Positions 34,801 through 44,655 of a DNA stretch of 64,000 bases are shown here, one piece after another; the first letter of the stretch is position 1, and each line of letters starts with the position of its first letter. The translations under genes and the position numbers were made by a program. Source of the DNA: Lama glama (taxonomy: Eukaryota); the NCBI GenBank assembly GCA_028534125.1, contig CM052851.1, positions 558,001 to 622,000 on the forward strand. Direction: 5' to 3'. The notes under the pieces are model-generated. The model was given only the letters and a program-made list of their open reading frames with translations. It had not been told where the DNA came from and did not search any database.

Positions 34801-36494
34801 TCACTGTCTGAACAGTGGCCCCACCCCAGCAGCGTCACCGCTGCTCCTCCAGGGCCGTCTGTGCCTTCCATCCCTCTCAGAATAGGCACTGACCTCTAGC
34901 TGGACCCACAGGGCCCGCAGGGCGGGCTGGTCTGCCACTGCTGGCCTTTCTTGGTGCTGGACAGGCCTCGGTGGCTGGAGCACACACTGTTCCTTCTGCA
35001 TGCTTGGCAGCCCCGCCTGCCCTGCCCCTTCTGTCAACCCTGGCCCGGCTCAGGGGCCTCTGTCCCAGAACCCCCAGCCCCCAAGACCCCAGTGTCTGAT
35101 AGCCTCAGACTTTGAGGGCTTCTGCTCTTGCTTCCTCCAGCGGCAGCACTCGGTCAGCGCACAAAGAGCGTTTGCAGAACGGCGGAGAGAACCCATCCCA
35201 CTACCCTCTGCAGCATTCACAGCCTGGACCGCAGGGCTCCCAAAAGCCACAGCCCCTTGCCACACCTGCAGGCCTGCCTGCATCCCACCCAAGCTGGCTC
35301 CCGGCATCTCCCTCTTCCACCTGGTTCTGGGTCTGGGTCTGGGTGTCCCCAGGGCCAGGGATGGGCCCAGGAAGGTGGGCTCTGGTGGACTGGGGTCCTG
35401 ACTGCTCAGAGCCACCGCTGGTGGGAAAGCTGGTGCCTGGTAGGTGCTGAAGGTGCTTCGTGGGAGAGAAAGGGGGACATGGGACCAGGGGGGACCCACT
35501 GGACTCACACCCCAGTGCCTGGGCCATGGCCAGGCGCAGGCCAGGCACTGCCCCCTGGCTCCTAGCCGAGGCTGGTGGGGCTCTGGGGCCACCGAGGTGG
35601 GGGCCGTGAAGCAAGGACTAAGGAAGAAGGCAGGAGTGCGACCCGCAGGCTCGGAGACCTGGGCTCCCAGGCAGGTGGAGAAGATGCAGAGGGCCTGGGG
35701 CCGTGGCCGGCAGGAAGGTGCTTCCCCCAGGCCATCAGGGGACCCCTCAGGGCTGGCCCTTCTTAGGGTCAGAGCAGGTGAAAGCATTAGGTGGCTGGCT
35801 GAAGGGACCTGGGAAGGAAGTAGGGCCACCCCCTGCGCAGCGGCCCGGTGGGTGAGGCTGGGTGGGCTCTGGGTGGGGCGGCCGCCTCCAGCCTCCCACT
35901 TCTTCAGTCCTCACAGCAGCCATACGAAACGGAGGTCTCGTCCCCATTTTTGCAGATGATGAAACTGATGCTCAGAGCCCACTTAGTGGCTTGTCTGTCC
36001 AGGGCCAGGACCCGAGATCTGGGGTCTCCATCTGAGTCTTTTAACTTTAATGCCCACAAGGCCCCTTGCATGCCTTCTGGCTGCCCCTTGGGACCCCCAA
36101 GGTCCTCTCAGCAGGTCCACGTCTGCCACACCTGATTTCCCGAGGAGTCCCTGCCTCCTGCAGCCCAGCAGCCTTCCTCCCCAGGCACATGCCCCGAGCT
36201 CGGCCTCCCGCAACCTCTGGCTCCCACTGGCTTGGCCTTGGCAAGTGTGGGAGGGCCGCGGGGCGAGGAGGGGCCTCCAGGGCTTGGCTTCCCTTCCCGC
36301 TCCCGTCCAACAGTGTCCGTGTGGCCAGCCAGCCTGCCTCCAGCCAAGTTGGCGAGGAAGACTTTCCCCCACTCAGCGGCCCTCTGAGGGCATCTGGCCA
36401 CTGCTGGTGCATGGCCCGCGGGCCCCGACTCACCGGCGCCGAGCAGGGCCCCCCCGCAGGAGAGCAGCAGGGGCAGCAGCCAGGGCCCCAGCAT
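19681..36494 (-). CDS. MUC6: Mucin-6, gel-forming gastric mucin, 33 exons (signal peptide, D1-D2-D'D3, PTS, C-terminal cystine knot); VNTR core missing in assembly gap
   Basis: VWD motifs MCGLCGNFDG, RGLCGNFNG and LCGLCGNYNG. PTS exons are followed directly by a CTCK ending CVCSPRRCGD*, with no D4 domain, which is MUC6-specific. All 33 exons are phase-compatible with gt/ag ends. Confidence 0.96.
20193..20295 (-). CDS. MUC6: MUC6 exon 32 (CTCK N-half)
   Basis: NCSVREVQEEITYQGCTANVTVTRCEGVCASSA. Confidence 0.93.
22351..23448 (-). CDS. MUC6: MUC6 exon 31 (large PTS/VNTR exon, interrupted by gap)
   Basis: Acceptor tttctacag|GG at 23448 (SSTHGWTSETANTW...EDSTT); open S/T/P-rich frame 22857-22351; donor CTTG|gtaagt. 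Confidence 0.85.
22858..23357. other. Assembly gap (500 N) inside MUC6 exon 31
   Basis: Run of exactly 500 n. Confidence 0.99.
24058..24282 (-). CDS. MUC6: MUC6 exon 30 (PTS)
   Basis: SPRTTSAITTRATSAPAPT...TSGTSTGPPS; A|gtaagc. Confidence 0.9.
24377..24598 (-). CDS. MUC6: MUC6 exon 29 (PTS; in-frame alternative acceptor at 24616)
   Basis: LPATATRPTTTMPSTIGLNSTRP...TLSEG; G|gtaagg. Confidence 0.82.
25056..25088 (-). CDS. MUC6: MUC6 exon 28 (33-nt micro-exon)
   Basis: cctcttgcag|TG CCG CCG CCT ACC ACG CCG CTG CCC ACA ACA G|gtgatt = (M)PPPTTPLPTT(G). Confidence 0.8.
25641..25703 (-). CDS. MUC6: MUC6 exon 27
   Basis: CYNCSQDEYFDQDEGTCVPC. Confidence 0.92.
25870..26010 (-). CDS. MUC6: MUC6 exon 26
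   Basis: VYCDFYNTHVQVGG...PGTNIE. Confidence 0.93.
26166..26322 (-). CDS. MUC6: MUC6 exon 25
   Basis: [30 protein letters not shown]...PDFC. Confidence 0.95.
26483..26722 (-). CDS. MUC6: MUC6 exon 24
   Basis: DALCGLCGNYNGNMKDDFETRS...AACHSQ. Confidence 0.95.
26791..26976 (-). CDS. MUC6: MUC6 exon 23
   Basis: GLSIVLADRNYTVSGED...KIARASQ. Confidence 0.93.
27317..27427 (-). CDS. MUC6: MUC6 exon 22
   Basis: DGCGANDSQPTFKILTENVVCGKSGVTCSRAVTVLLG. Confidence 0.95.
27471..27590. repeat. Tandem 50/43-bp repeat that copies the MUC6 exon 21 donor site
   Basis: acgcccaggcYggcactcactgtggcc occurs at 27471, 27521 and 27564. Confidence 0.9.
27584..27725 (-). CDS. MUC6: MUC6 exon 21
   Basis: TCSGGTWACQQSTHCPSTCTLYGEGHVVTFDGQRFVFDGNCEYILAT. 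Confidence 0.95.
27888..28039 (-). CDS. MUC6: MUC6 exon 20
   Basis: VPTKCEAGCVCAKGLYEN...HTGCRS. Confidence 0.94.
28502..28611 (-). CDS. MUC6: MUC6 exon 19
   Basis: TCSAPKTFQSCSQSSEDKFGAACAPTCQMLATGTPC. Confidence 0.94.
28701..28753 (-). CDS. MUC6: MUC6 exon 18
   Basis: HCSNGRLSCRAQPQMLL. Confidence 0.9.
28831..29080 (-). CDS. MUC6: MUC6 exon 17
   Basis: TPCTGNQTFSYDSRACDRTC...MVNGVI. Confidence 0.94.
29148..29200. repeat. 15-bp tandem repeat (gcacRccccctgccc) x3.5 in MUC6 intron 16
   Basis: Units at 29148, 29163 and 29178, partial unit at 29193. Confidence 0.9.
29201..29333 (-). CDS. MUC6: MUC6 exon 16
   Basis: RCVYQACNYEETFPHICAALG...SVDNC. Confidence 0.94.
29434..29528 (-). CDS. MUC6: MUC6 exon 15
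   Basis: VCAETHCAVLVKEGSVFEKCHATVDPKPFHK. Confidence 0.94.
29611..29772 (-). CDS. MUC6: MUC6 exon 14
   Basis: LCGNFNGDTTDDFTTSMGIAEG...CSMSQLN. Confidence 0.95.
30035..30172 (-). CDS. MUC6: MUC6 exon 13
   Basis: NITVFRQSSTHVQMVTTFGLEL...RGQTR. Confidence 0.94.
30258..30330 (-). CDS. MUC6: MUC6 exon 12
   Basis: DKIVISQDEVVTNHGDTKWLPYKT. Confidence 0.93.
30460..30564 (-). CDS. MUC6: MUC6 exon 11
   Basis: SPQLPDGGSLMAVYDKSGYSHSETSLVAIIYLSNQ. Confidence 0.93.
30659..30797 (-). CDS. MUC6: MUC6 exon 10
   Basis: RCSGGHWECAEQSCPRRCALEGGSFVTTFDARPYRFHGTCTYILLQ. Confidence 0.95.
30907..31027 (-). CDS. MUC6: MUC6 exon 9
   Basis: TVLDDISANHTCLPVSQCPC...AACQT. Confidence 0.94.
31400..31522 (-). CDS. 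MUC6: MUC6 exon 8
   Basis: VGQCPATQVYRECGETCIRTCSNPQHSCSSFCTFGCFCPE. Confidence 0.95.
31713..31920 (-). CDS. MUC6: MUC6 exon 7
   Basis: AQTCIQLLTLVSPEC...WRGPDLC. Confidence 0.94.
32094..32203 (-). CDS. MUC6: MUC6 exon 6
   Basis: KLLEPHKYAALQKLDDPNEIC...QAEH. Confidence 0.94.
32277..32367 (-). CDS. MUC6: MUC6 exon 5
   Basis: VLVEKRYMGRMCGLCGNFDGEETDEFLSED. Confidence 0.95.
32638..32764 (-). CDS. MUC6: MUC6 exon 4
   Basis: VVSLPYTSNGLQITPFGQSV...GAHLM. Confidence 0.94.
32834..33074 (-). CDS. MUC6: MUC6 exon 3
   Basis: ADGGRCSTWGAGHFSTFDGHVYDFLGTCNYVF...VKDV. Confidence 0.95.
33268..33300. repeat. 33-bp exact direct repeat, copy 1 (MUC6 intron 2)
   Basis: cagcatgggtgtgcctcccccgggtgaggggtc, identical to 34770-34802. 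Confidence 0.92.
33424..33486 (-). CDS. MUC6: MUC6 exon 2
   Basis: LGDRPLVTPGLRRLKDSWQS; 63 nt, phase 1-1. Confidence 0.88.
34770..34802. repeat. 33-bp exact direct repeat, copy 2 (MUC6 intron 1)
   Basis: Identical to 33268-33300. Confidence 0.92.
36434..36494 (-). CDS. MUC6: MUC6 exon 1 coding part (signal peptide)
   Basis: ACC ATG; MLGPWLLPLLLSCGGALLGA; G|gtgagt. Confidence 0.92.
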
Positions 36495-36589
36495 GGTGCG
36501 TGGAGAAGAGGTCGCGGCCAGCCCCGGCCCCTCTTGCCGTGGGACACCGGGCAGGCTCCCTGCACCTGTGCAGCCTGAGTGGCCAGCCC

Positions 36590-36810
36590 TGGATGCCTTA
36601 TACAGGGCCTGGGCCCTGCCCCTGCCACGCCCGCCGGCACCCCGCGCGCAAGGCCAGCAATGGCCACGGCGGCCAGGCGGCCAAACAGGATCTTGGGTGC
36701 CGCTTTATCAGGACTTGGCTTCTCTGGAAAATTCTTCAGCGGGCAGAGGCCCCATTATCATCACTCCCCTCTGAGCAGGGGTCCTGCAAACATTTCCGGC
36801 GTTTGCTCCA
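36590..36810 (-). promoter_or_regulatory. MUC6: MUC6 proximal promoter
   Basis: TATAA (minus strand) at 36598-36602; TGATAA at 36705-36710 and 36755-36760; FOXA-like TGTTTGC at about 36786-36792. Confidence 0.75.
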
Positions 36811-39800
36811 GGCTGAGGTTGCCAGGGGTCTTCCTGGGCTCAGGCTAGGGGTCAGCACGGACACTCTAAGCCACACCCTGGGGGCCGTGAGGGGCCTTGT
36901 CCTGGAGACGCCGGGCACCCGCTCTAGGGTGCCGCCCGGACAGCTCCTGGGGTCCTGCATTCCCACCCAGACCCTGCATCCGTGAGAGTCACCGGCACGC
37001 TGGGGCCCACCCCCGCCCTGGGGGGAAGGCCACTCAGCGGCAGGACCCTCCGGAGGTAAAGCCGCTTCAGACCGCCCTTCAGGGTGGGGTCCCAGGTGGG
37101 AGGCGATCACAAACAGGCCGCTGGCCTTGGGGGCGCCATCCGAGGGGCATCTCTGTGGGGTCTGTGTGCCGTCCTCAGGGTTTCCGACCCCTCAGGCAGA
37201 GAAGGGGCTGGCCCACAACCCCTGGGAGAAGGACGTGGCTCCTGGGGTGGGGGGGCATGTCGGGGAGCAGAGAGCGTGTGGGGCCTGTAGGCACTTGTCC
37301 CCTGAAAGGTTGTCTGCCGGCACTGCGAGGGAATAGGGTGAGGGTCACGATCGGGGGTTATGACTGGGGTCAGGGTCAAGGCAAGGAGAGGGCTGGGGAC
37401 GGCAGTGTTTGGGAGCCTCCATGGGACCCACTCGCAGTCCGAGAGGAGGAGTGGGCGTGACCTCTCCAGGGCAGTCCTGCCCTGAGCGGGAGTGCAGGCC
37501 CCTGTGTCCCCCTTCACGAGGGCAGTTCTGCCCCATGGAGACTTGGGGCGCGAGGGCCCTGGGCTCCCTCCATAGAGAATCTGTGTCTGGGCCCCGAGGG
37601 CCCCTGGCGTCCCTGGGCCCGGACCTCCCACACCTCGCAGACCGCCCAGCTCTGCTTGGCCTGGCAGGGGGCTACCTGCTCCTGGCCCTGGTGGCCTGGC
37701 CGGCCCAGCCGCACAAAGCAGTAGATGCTGTGTGTTTACCTTACATCAACTTTAGTTTTAACAGAAGTTGTTTTAACAGGAAACCACTCTGAGCTGCTGG
37801 CCTGCGGGAGCCTGGCCCGGGGGGCAGGGGGACGGTCCTGGCTGCTCTCAGGGCCCCTGTCTCAGTCATTTCCCCCTGATGCTCTCAAAGCCCTGTTTGA
37901 AGGGGAGTCCGCGCCTCGGAGTGCGCCCGGCTGGGCAGGGCTGACTAAAGGGCACCCCCACTCTGGAGCCTCCCCGGCTGGTGGGGTCCCTGCAAGAGGG
38001 ACCGTGCCCAAAGGGGCCTGTGGCCTGGGCGCACAGGTGGTGGGCTTCATGCGACCATCTTTGCTGCGGGGCCTCCATGGGGGCTCTCCCTGCCCTCGGG
38101 GAGTCCCCACTTTCAGGGGGGCTCATGACACGTCAAGTGTAGGGCCAGGGTAGGCTGATGAGTAGGGGCTGGGGTCTCTGAGGGGCAAGAGTGAGCCGTT
38201 CCCTCTGGCTTCAGTCCCAGCCAGGGCTCCGGGAGGGTGAGGGCAGCCAGACGTGGGACACAGGGAGGTGACCCACTGGGCCTTGGGACCAGCAGCTCAG
38301 CAGAGGCTCTGAGGGACCGCTTGGGCCATATCCCACCAGACAAAGCCACCCCCGGGGCCTGGGCACAGCCCTGGGTGGGCAGTGTGAGTGTGGGCTGGGG
38401 TGGGGCTGACCTCTGGACACGTCAGGGGACGGGTGGAGCGAGGTATGGTCATGGGACACTCCTGGGTCACTAACTTACAGGGACTGGGGAGGGGGCTGGG
38501 GCTTGTGGCAGGCAGGGGGTCCCCTCGCTGGGGTCTAGTGTCACCCCCATCAGCTAGAGGGATACAGATGTGGCCCTGGCAGGGGCTAGATGTCACCCAG
38601 ACTGCAGTGGGGTGGCTCACAGGGCCTGGACCGCAGCAGCCTGTGTGTATGTGTGACCCAATTTGAGTTTCCTGGAAAAACCGTGCTGTGCACGCCAGGA
38701 TCTGTCACTGCAGGCAGCTCTGGCCTTCTGGTGTTGCTGGTGCCCGGGGCCTGCCCCATCCCGGGAGGCCCCGCCACCCTTTCTCCAGGCTGCTTTGTCA
38801 GGAAGTCGCAGTGCATGGCGTTTCTGCTGCTGAATGCGTGCGGGGAGCAAACAGCGGGTGATGAGGCCGCGCTGCCTTTGGCCCCACAGGCTGGGTGGGA
38901 AGGGCTGGTCTCACTGGCCGGCCTGGGGTGCTGAGCCCGGACAAGTGGGAGATTACCCTGCCTCACCTTCCGTTTGCGTGGCCACCTGAGTGGTGCCAGG
39001 CACCCCGGGGCTCAGGTTGGCCGTGAGGCTGGGAGCCCGAATGGACCTGAGGACTTGAGGCCTGTCCTGGGCTGACTGCCAGCCCCAGAACCCAGTGTCC
39101 AGGGAATGGGGCCTGCACACCGTTTCCAGCGTCCTGGCTCAGTTGGGAGGGTGGTTGCTGTCCGCCAGGCCCTGACTCCCTGGGCAACCCCGACCTAACT
39201 TTTGCCTGCGGCCGAGGGCCTGCATGAGGAGGTCACAGCCGGCAGGTGCTCCCAGCAGCTCCCAAAGGGGCTTGGGGCCGGCTCCCCTCTGGGCCCCATC
39301 TGCCCGGTGTGGCATCCCTGGGGGAAGGCAGGAGGCCTTCACCCCCCAAGGCTTGGCCCCACTAATCCCTCAGGTCAAAGGACTGAGAACTGTGGCTCGG
39401 GGCCCACTTGGGAGGTTCTTCAGCCTGGGAGGGGAACCAGCCTCTGTGCTGCCCAGGCTTGTGCCCTCGCCAAGGCGGACAGTGGGCCAGGAGGCGTTTG
39501 GGAGCTGTAACCGGCCAGTGTGGGGATGGCGGGTGCTCTGTTGCAAAGCCAGCAGTGACTTCCTGCAAGTCCGGGCACAAGGCTGGGACTGGCCTGGACC
39601 CCCGGTGTTGAGAGTGGGGCTGAAGGGTGGCCCAGGCTGACTCTGTGCCATGTGCGAGGGGAGTTGTGAGGCCGAGAGTGGCCTGTGCTCCGGGCCCCAG
39701 CCCTCTGCTGCTTGGTCTGAGAGCTGGACCCAACCCTCGAGCACCAGGAGCTTGGGGAAGTGGGGCAGATCAGGAGACCCTGGGGCCAGAATAGCTGGAG

Positions 39801-40979
39801 CAAAGATCTCTGAGGGCCTCAGGCCTAGGGGTGAGAGTCACCCACCCAGCCCCGCCCCACTCCTGCCCCAACATCCTACCTGTGGCTGGTGGCAGCCCCG
39901 GGCTGGGCTGCTCTGCTGGCGTCCCAGCAGGCTCCCCTCCTTCCTCCTCTCCCTCCCTCCCCACTGTCATACTTGACCCCCGTCACCTGCAGCCCCTTCT
40001 CTCTGGAAACATCCCTCCCCGTGAGCTGCAGGCCCCCTGGCTGAGAGGGCCCCGGGCTCCCCCAGCACATCCCAGCTGCCTCGACCACTTTCTCGGGCCT
40101 TCTGTGCACTCCAGGACAACTCCTGATTCTTGCTGGCCCTTCCAGACCCCCAGCCCCGTCCTGAGCTGCTGGGAGCCACCCTGTCAAGGGCAACAATGCA
40201 GCCAGTGAGCCAGGGCCACAGGTGAGGGCCCGAGGCCGTGAGGGGGCAGCCAGGGAGGGTGCTGTACAGGGCTGGGGCAGGCATTCCTCCTAGGGTCCCA
40301 GGACCTCCCAGCTGGCCCCGTGGTCCTACCCTTGGGCCCCGGCTCTTCCTGCAAAACTTGGCCTGGATTTGGGTGGGGGTGTGCCCTCTATCCTCCAGAC
40401 TCGGGCCCCTGCAGGGCAGCCCCAGCGCTGACTACTGCCCTCAGCCCCAGATGTCTGCGGCTGCAGGAGGGGCTGAGGCATGAGGCTGGCTCTCAGTTTG
40501 GGGCAGGTTAGTGAGCCCCCAGGGAAAGCCACTGCCCAGGCGTCCAGCTGCCCCAGGCTTGGGGGTACTGCATTCCTGAGCAGGCTGGTGTGCTCATGGC
40601 CTGCCCGCTCTCCAGCCGGGCCCGCCGTCCTTTGTGTTCATTTTGGCTGCCTGGCCCTTTGCAGGGGCCTGACGGGAGGACCAGGGGGCGGAGGGGCAGG
40701 CTGAGCCAAGGTGGGCTGGACACCCACCTGCCGACCAGGCAGTTCCAGCAGGTTGGAGGCCTGGCACCACCTCTCCCCAGGGGGAGCTTAGCCTGGGTGG
40801 GGGAGACTGTCCCCAGAGGGGCTCGCTTGGCCCACATCCTGTCCCCTCCCCTCCCCTCCCCTGCACACCAGGGCGTGCTTGGCACTGCCCACCTCGCCCC
40901 ACCCCTCGACTCCCACCACCGGCTCTGGGTCTGGGCACCTCTGACCCCACAGTGGGCGGAGTCAGAACCTCCGGACTAG

Positions 40980-41460
40980 CACCCTCTCCCACCCTGTCGG
41001 GGGCGGGGGCTGCCCCTCGCCGAGCTTCCCGGCCCCGCGTCACATTTCTTGTGAGCCCGGCTCGGTCCCCTCCCAGCCCAGCGTCCTGGGCCTGGAGGCT
41101 CCACCTCCGAGGTGCTGGAGGCGGCGGGTCACGTTTTCAGCTTCCGGCCGGAGCCCCCGTCCCCGCCGCCCCCCAGCCCGGCCGCGCGCGGGCCCTGCCT
41201 GCCCGGAGCTGGCGCCGCGCCGGCTGCCGGCGGATGTCTGGTGAGAAGCAAACAGATAAGGCCGCCCGGGCGGGAGGCCGGAACGCCACACGCGGGGCCG
41301 GGGGTTATCGGGCGGCTGTGACTTCCAGGCGAGTACGTGGCAGGTTCGGAGTGTTTGTTCGCGCGCCGCCGGTGGCCTTGAAGGGCTTTGTGGGAGGGGG
41401 TTGCCGGCTGCTGTGTGTGCCACCCGGCGCGGCGCGGGCGGCCAGGTGGCAGTGGCCGTC
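40980..41460. promoter_or_regulatory. CpG island / candidate endodermal enhancer about 4.6 kb upstream of MUC6
   Basis: CpG-dense; AAGCAAACAGATAAG (FOXA+GATA) at 41246-41260; further TTATC and TGTTTGT motifs; GC boxes. Confidence 0.6.
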
Positions 41461-41479
41461 AGTGCTGGGAACCCTCCCG

Positions 41480-41772
41480 AGCCTGACGCTGGAGCTCAGG
41501 GGAGGGGACCGCGGGGGGTCGTCCGATCAGAGCCCTGGAGGCTGGGGTCCGAGGGCAGGGTCCTGGGGGGCCGGGCTTTGGTGAGGGCCTCTCCTGTGCC
41601 GCGTGGGAAGAGGGGGAGGGGCGGCCAGGGGTCTCATCTTATGGGACACCGGCCCCACCGTGGGGCCCTCCACTCACGACCTCATCACCTCCCAAAGGCC
41701 CCGCCTTCTAATTCCATCACCTTGGGCTCCACCATAGGAATCTGGGGGGACACAAACATGCAGCCCCAAACA
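41480..41772. mobile_element. MLT1/MST-type LTR remnant
   Basis: catcacctcccaaaggccccgccttctaattccatcaccttggg..gggggacacaaacat. Confidence 0.7.
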
Positions 41773-42844
41773 AGTGGTACTGGGTTTTGGGGGGCCCTCA
41801 GGTTGGAGGGTCTGGTAGGACCCCCAGAAGCACAAGTCAAGTGGTCTCTGAGGGCAGGCACAGCTCAGAGGTGAGAGGGCCCTGAGCAGCCCGGGAAGGC
41901 TTCCTGGATGAGGTGGGCTAGAGGAGAGGTAGCCGGACCCTCAGGAGCTGGGGCAGGGGTTGGGGAGGCCCTGCCAAGGCTGGAAGTGGCTGCATGGCTG
42001 TAAGGACCCTGGTGAGAGGGCTGGGGCCAGGCCAACGGGTGTCCTGAGCCTAGAGTGAGCTGAGGGAAGTGGGTGAACTTAGGATGGAGGGCCCCGCACA
42101 AAGGAGTGGGGCAGTGACTCGGGTTCCGGCAGGAAGCAGGCAAGGGTGTGCAGAGCTGGCTGTGAAGGGCCGGGGGATGCGGGCACTGACCCATGTGGCC
42201 TGCCGATGGCTGAGGAGCAGGGCTGGGCCCCTAGGCTCACAGTGGCCAGTCTGCATGGCGGGGCTGGGGGTACAGCTGTGTGGGACCCGGGGCCACTCAT
42301 ACCAGGAACCAGCTGGGGAGGCCTCGGGGCCCAGACTTGCTGTCCAGTGGCTCCAGTGTCTCGCTGGCTGTCTGTGGGAGATGTCACCTGCATTGCCCAG
42401 GACTGGGAGTAGCCACTGGGCCACCTGCAGAGAGGTGCCAGAGCATGTGGGGCCCTCGGAGCCCGGCTTGGACATTGACACCTGCTGTGCACAGCAGTGG
42501 CGTCTGTGTCCTCACTCTGCAGAGTTTCAGCTGGGAGGCCAGGTGTGGGCTCAGGGACTGCGAGGGCGGGTGGCGGCAGGGCGGGTGGCGGCAGGACGCT
42601 GTCTGGAGGGTGGGAAACTGCCCGGGGCCCTGGTCCCAGCCCACAGCAGAGGCAGGTCACCCCACCCCCAACTGCTGCCGCATCTCCAGGCTCCGAGCCG
42701 GGTCCCCATGACCCCACCATCCTTAGAGTTTAGGGGTGATCTCTGGAGCCGAGGGAGCAGGGCCCAAGGCTCGGGATGGAGTCTTTCTTCCCTCCCTGCT
42801 TCTCCTCCTTCCAGTGGGCAAAAGCATAGTTTTGGGGTTATTTT

Positions 42845-44260
42845 TCGTTTTGTTTTTAACAGCTCTGTCGGGTGTAACTGACACGTGAGAACCCGCAGAC
42901 ACAGGTGGACCTGGGAGACACTGCGGCTTGAGCTCCGCATCCTTGCAGTAGAGCAAATATGACAACAAAGCGAATTGTGTGATTTTTTGTTTCCCAGCGC
43001 GTATGAAAGTTATGTTCACCCCCTACTGTTGTGTGCAGTAGCATTATCTTTTTAAAATGTATATACCTTAATTTAAAAATGCCTTGTTGCTAAAAAATGC
43101 TACGCAGCATCAGAGCTCTTAGCAAAGACGACTCTAGCAAAGATGCCAGCACAGCAAATGTAATAGTAACGACAGTTTGAAATGCTGTGAGAACGACTAG
43201 AATGTGACACAGAGACACGAAGTGAACAGATGCTGGTGGAAGAATGGTGCCGTGTCAGGCCTGCTCCACGCAGGGCGGCCACAGACCTTCAGTTTGTAAA
43301 AACTGCAATGTTTGCGAAGCCCAATGAAACAAGTCTGTCTGGACTCGAGTTCCACTTCGTGAGCCGCAGCCCAGGCACGCACCTGGGCAGCCGCCGCCGC
43401 CATCAGCACAGGGATCACCTCCTCCGTCCCCCGAGGGGCCTGGGCCCCTTTGAGAAGCTGCCCGTCCACCAGCCACGGCAGCTGCGGATCTGCTCGTGGT
43501 CGCTGCAGGTTCATTTGCATTTTCTCGAATTTCATATAAACGGAATCATGCAGTGTGTACTTTTTTTGGTCTGGCTTCTTTCCCTCAGGTTTTTGCGTGA
43601 AGTTCTTTTGCGATCCATCCACGTTGTGGTTTGATTCAATGTTTTGTTCCGTTTTTGCTGGGCAGTACTTCCTGGTGCAAGTGGGCTGCAGTCTGCTCCT
43701 CGGCTCACCCACTGGTGGTCCTGGGATGTCCCCAGTTTGGGGCTTTGACAAACAGAGCTGCTGGGCAGGTGTGCGCAGCCTCGTGTGGCACAAGCCTTTG
43801 TTCCTCCTGGGCAAACACGCACAGTGGCATGGCCGGGTCGTACAGCTGGCGTCCGGGCGACTTTTTAAGCCAGCTGTCCCCCAGCATGGTGCTGTCTTGT
43901 GCGTCCCCACCAGCCACGGACGAGACTTCTGGTTTCCCCACATCCTCACCGGCACTGGGCACCGTCCGTCTTCAGACTGTCGCCTGTGGGTCATGGTGTC
44001 TTGCATACGTGTCTCGCCGCCCACGTGTCTGCTTTGGTCGAGTGTCCTTCAAATCTTTGCACATTAAAAAACTGGACTATCTGCTGCTGTGCAGTTCTGA
44101 GAGTTCTCTACCTGCTCTGGACGCAAGTCCTGCACCAGGTCCAGACTTCGTGAAGGTTTCCTCCTAGTCTGCGGCTTGTCTTTTTATCCTGAATAGCATC
44201 GTTCAAAGGGCGGACGTTCATAGTCTTGACAAATCCGATTTAGCACCGTTTCTTTCACAC
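42845..44260 (-). mobile_element. L1MB/MC 3' fragment, antisense, split by Tigger1
   Basis: ttttctcgaatttcatataaacggaatcatgcagtgtgtac; gttctgagagttctctacctgctctggacgcaagtcct. Confidence 0.75.
42902..43341 (-). mobile_element. Internally deleted Tigger1 (TcMar) DNA transposon, both termini present
   Basis: caggtggacctgggagacactgcgg..ccttaatttaaaaatgccttgttgctaaaaaatgcta and gaatgtgacacagagacacgaagtga..aatgaaacaagtctgtctg match the two Tigger1 ends as I recall them. Confidence 0.8.
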
Positions 44261-44600
44261 GATGTGCTCTTCCAGTGTCCCAGTTAAGAAATCGGATTTT
44301 ATCACTAGGGGGTGACCTCCTTTATCCCTGGGGGTGCCCCTCTCTCTGTCTGAAACGTACTCTGTCTGGGGTGCACACTGCCGCAGCATCTTTCTCCCAC
44401 GTGTCTGGGTGTCTTTTTCCGGCCTTGTGCTTTGGACGACTAGCGTGTGTGCCTTTGTGTGCAGAGTGGGTTTCCCGAGGTGGCTCAGAGAGGGGTCTTG
44501 CTTTTTCACACAGCCTGAAAATCCAGGCTTCCTGCCGGGGTTTCAGAGGTTCCACTTGTTTTGCACCTAATTATTACTGCTTTTACTTCACCCGTTTATT

Positions 44601-44654
44601 TTTCAGCAGGGATACTGGGGACTGAACGCTACCACTGAGCTTTGCCCTCCTCCC
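44601..44654 (-). mobile_element. Internally deleted Vic-1-like SINE
   Basis: Reverse strand gggaggagggcaaagctcagtggtag/cgttcagtccccagtatcc. Confidence 0.6.
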
Positions 44655-44655
44655 G

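Noticed and set aside
19681-36494. MUC6 as a pseudogene
   Set aside because: All visible exons are open and phase-compatible; signal peptide, CGLCG motifs, CTCK, TATA and AATAAA are intact.
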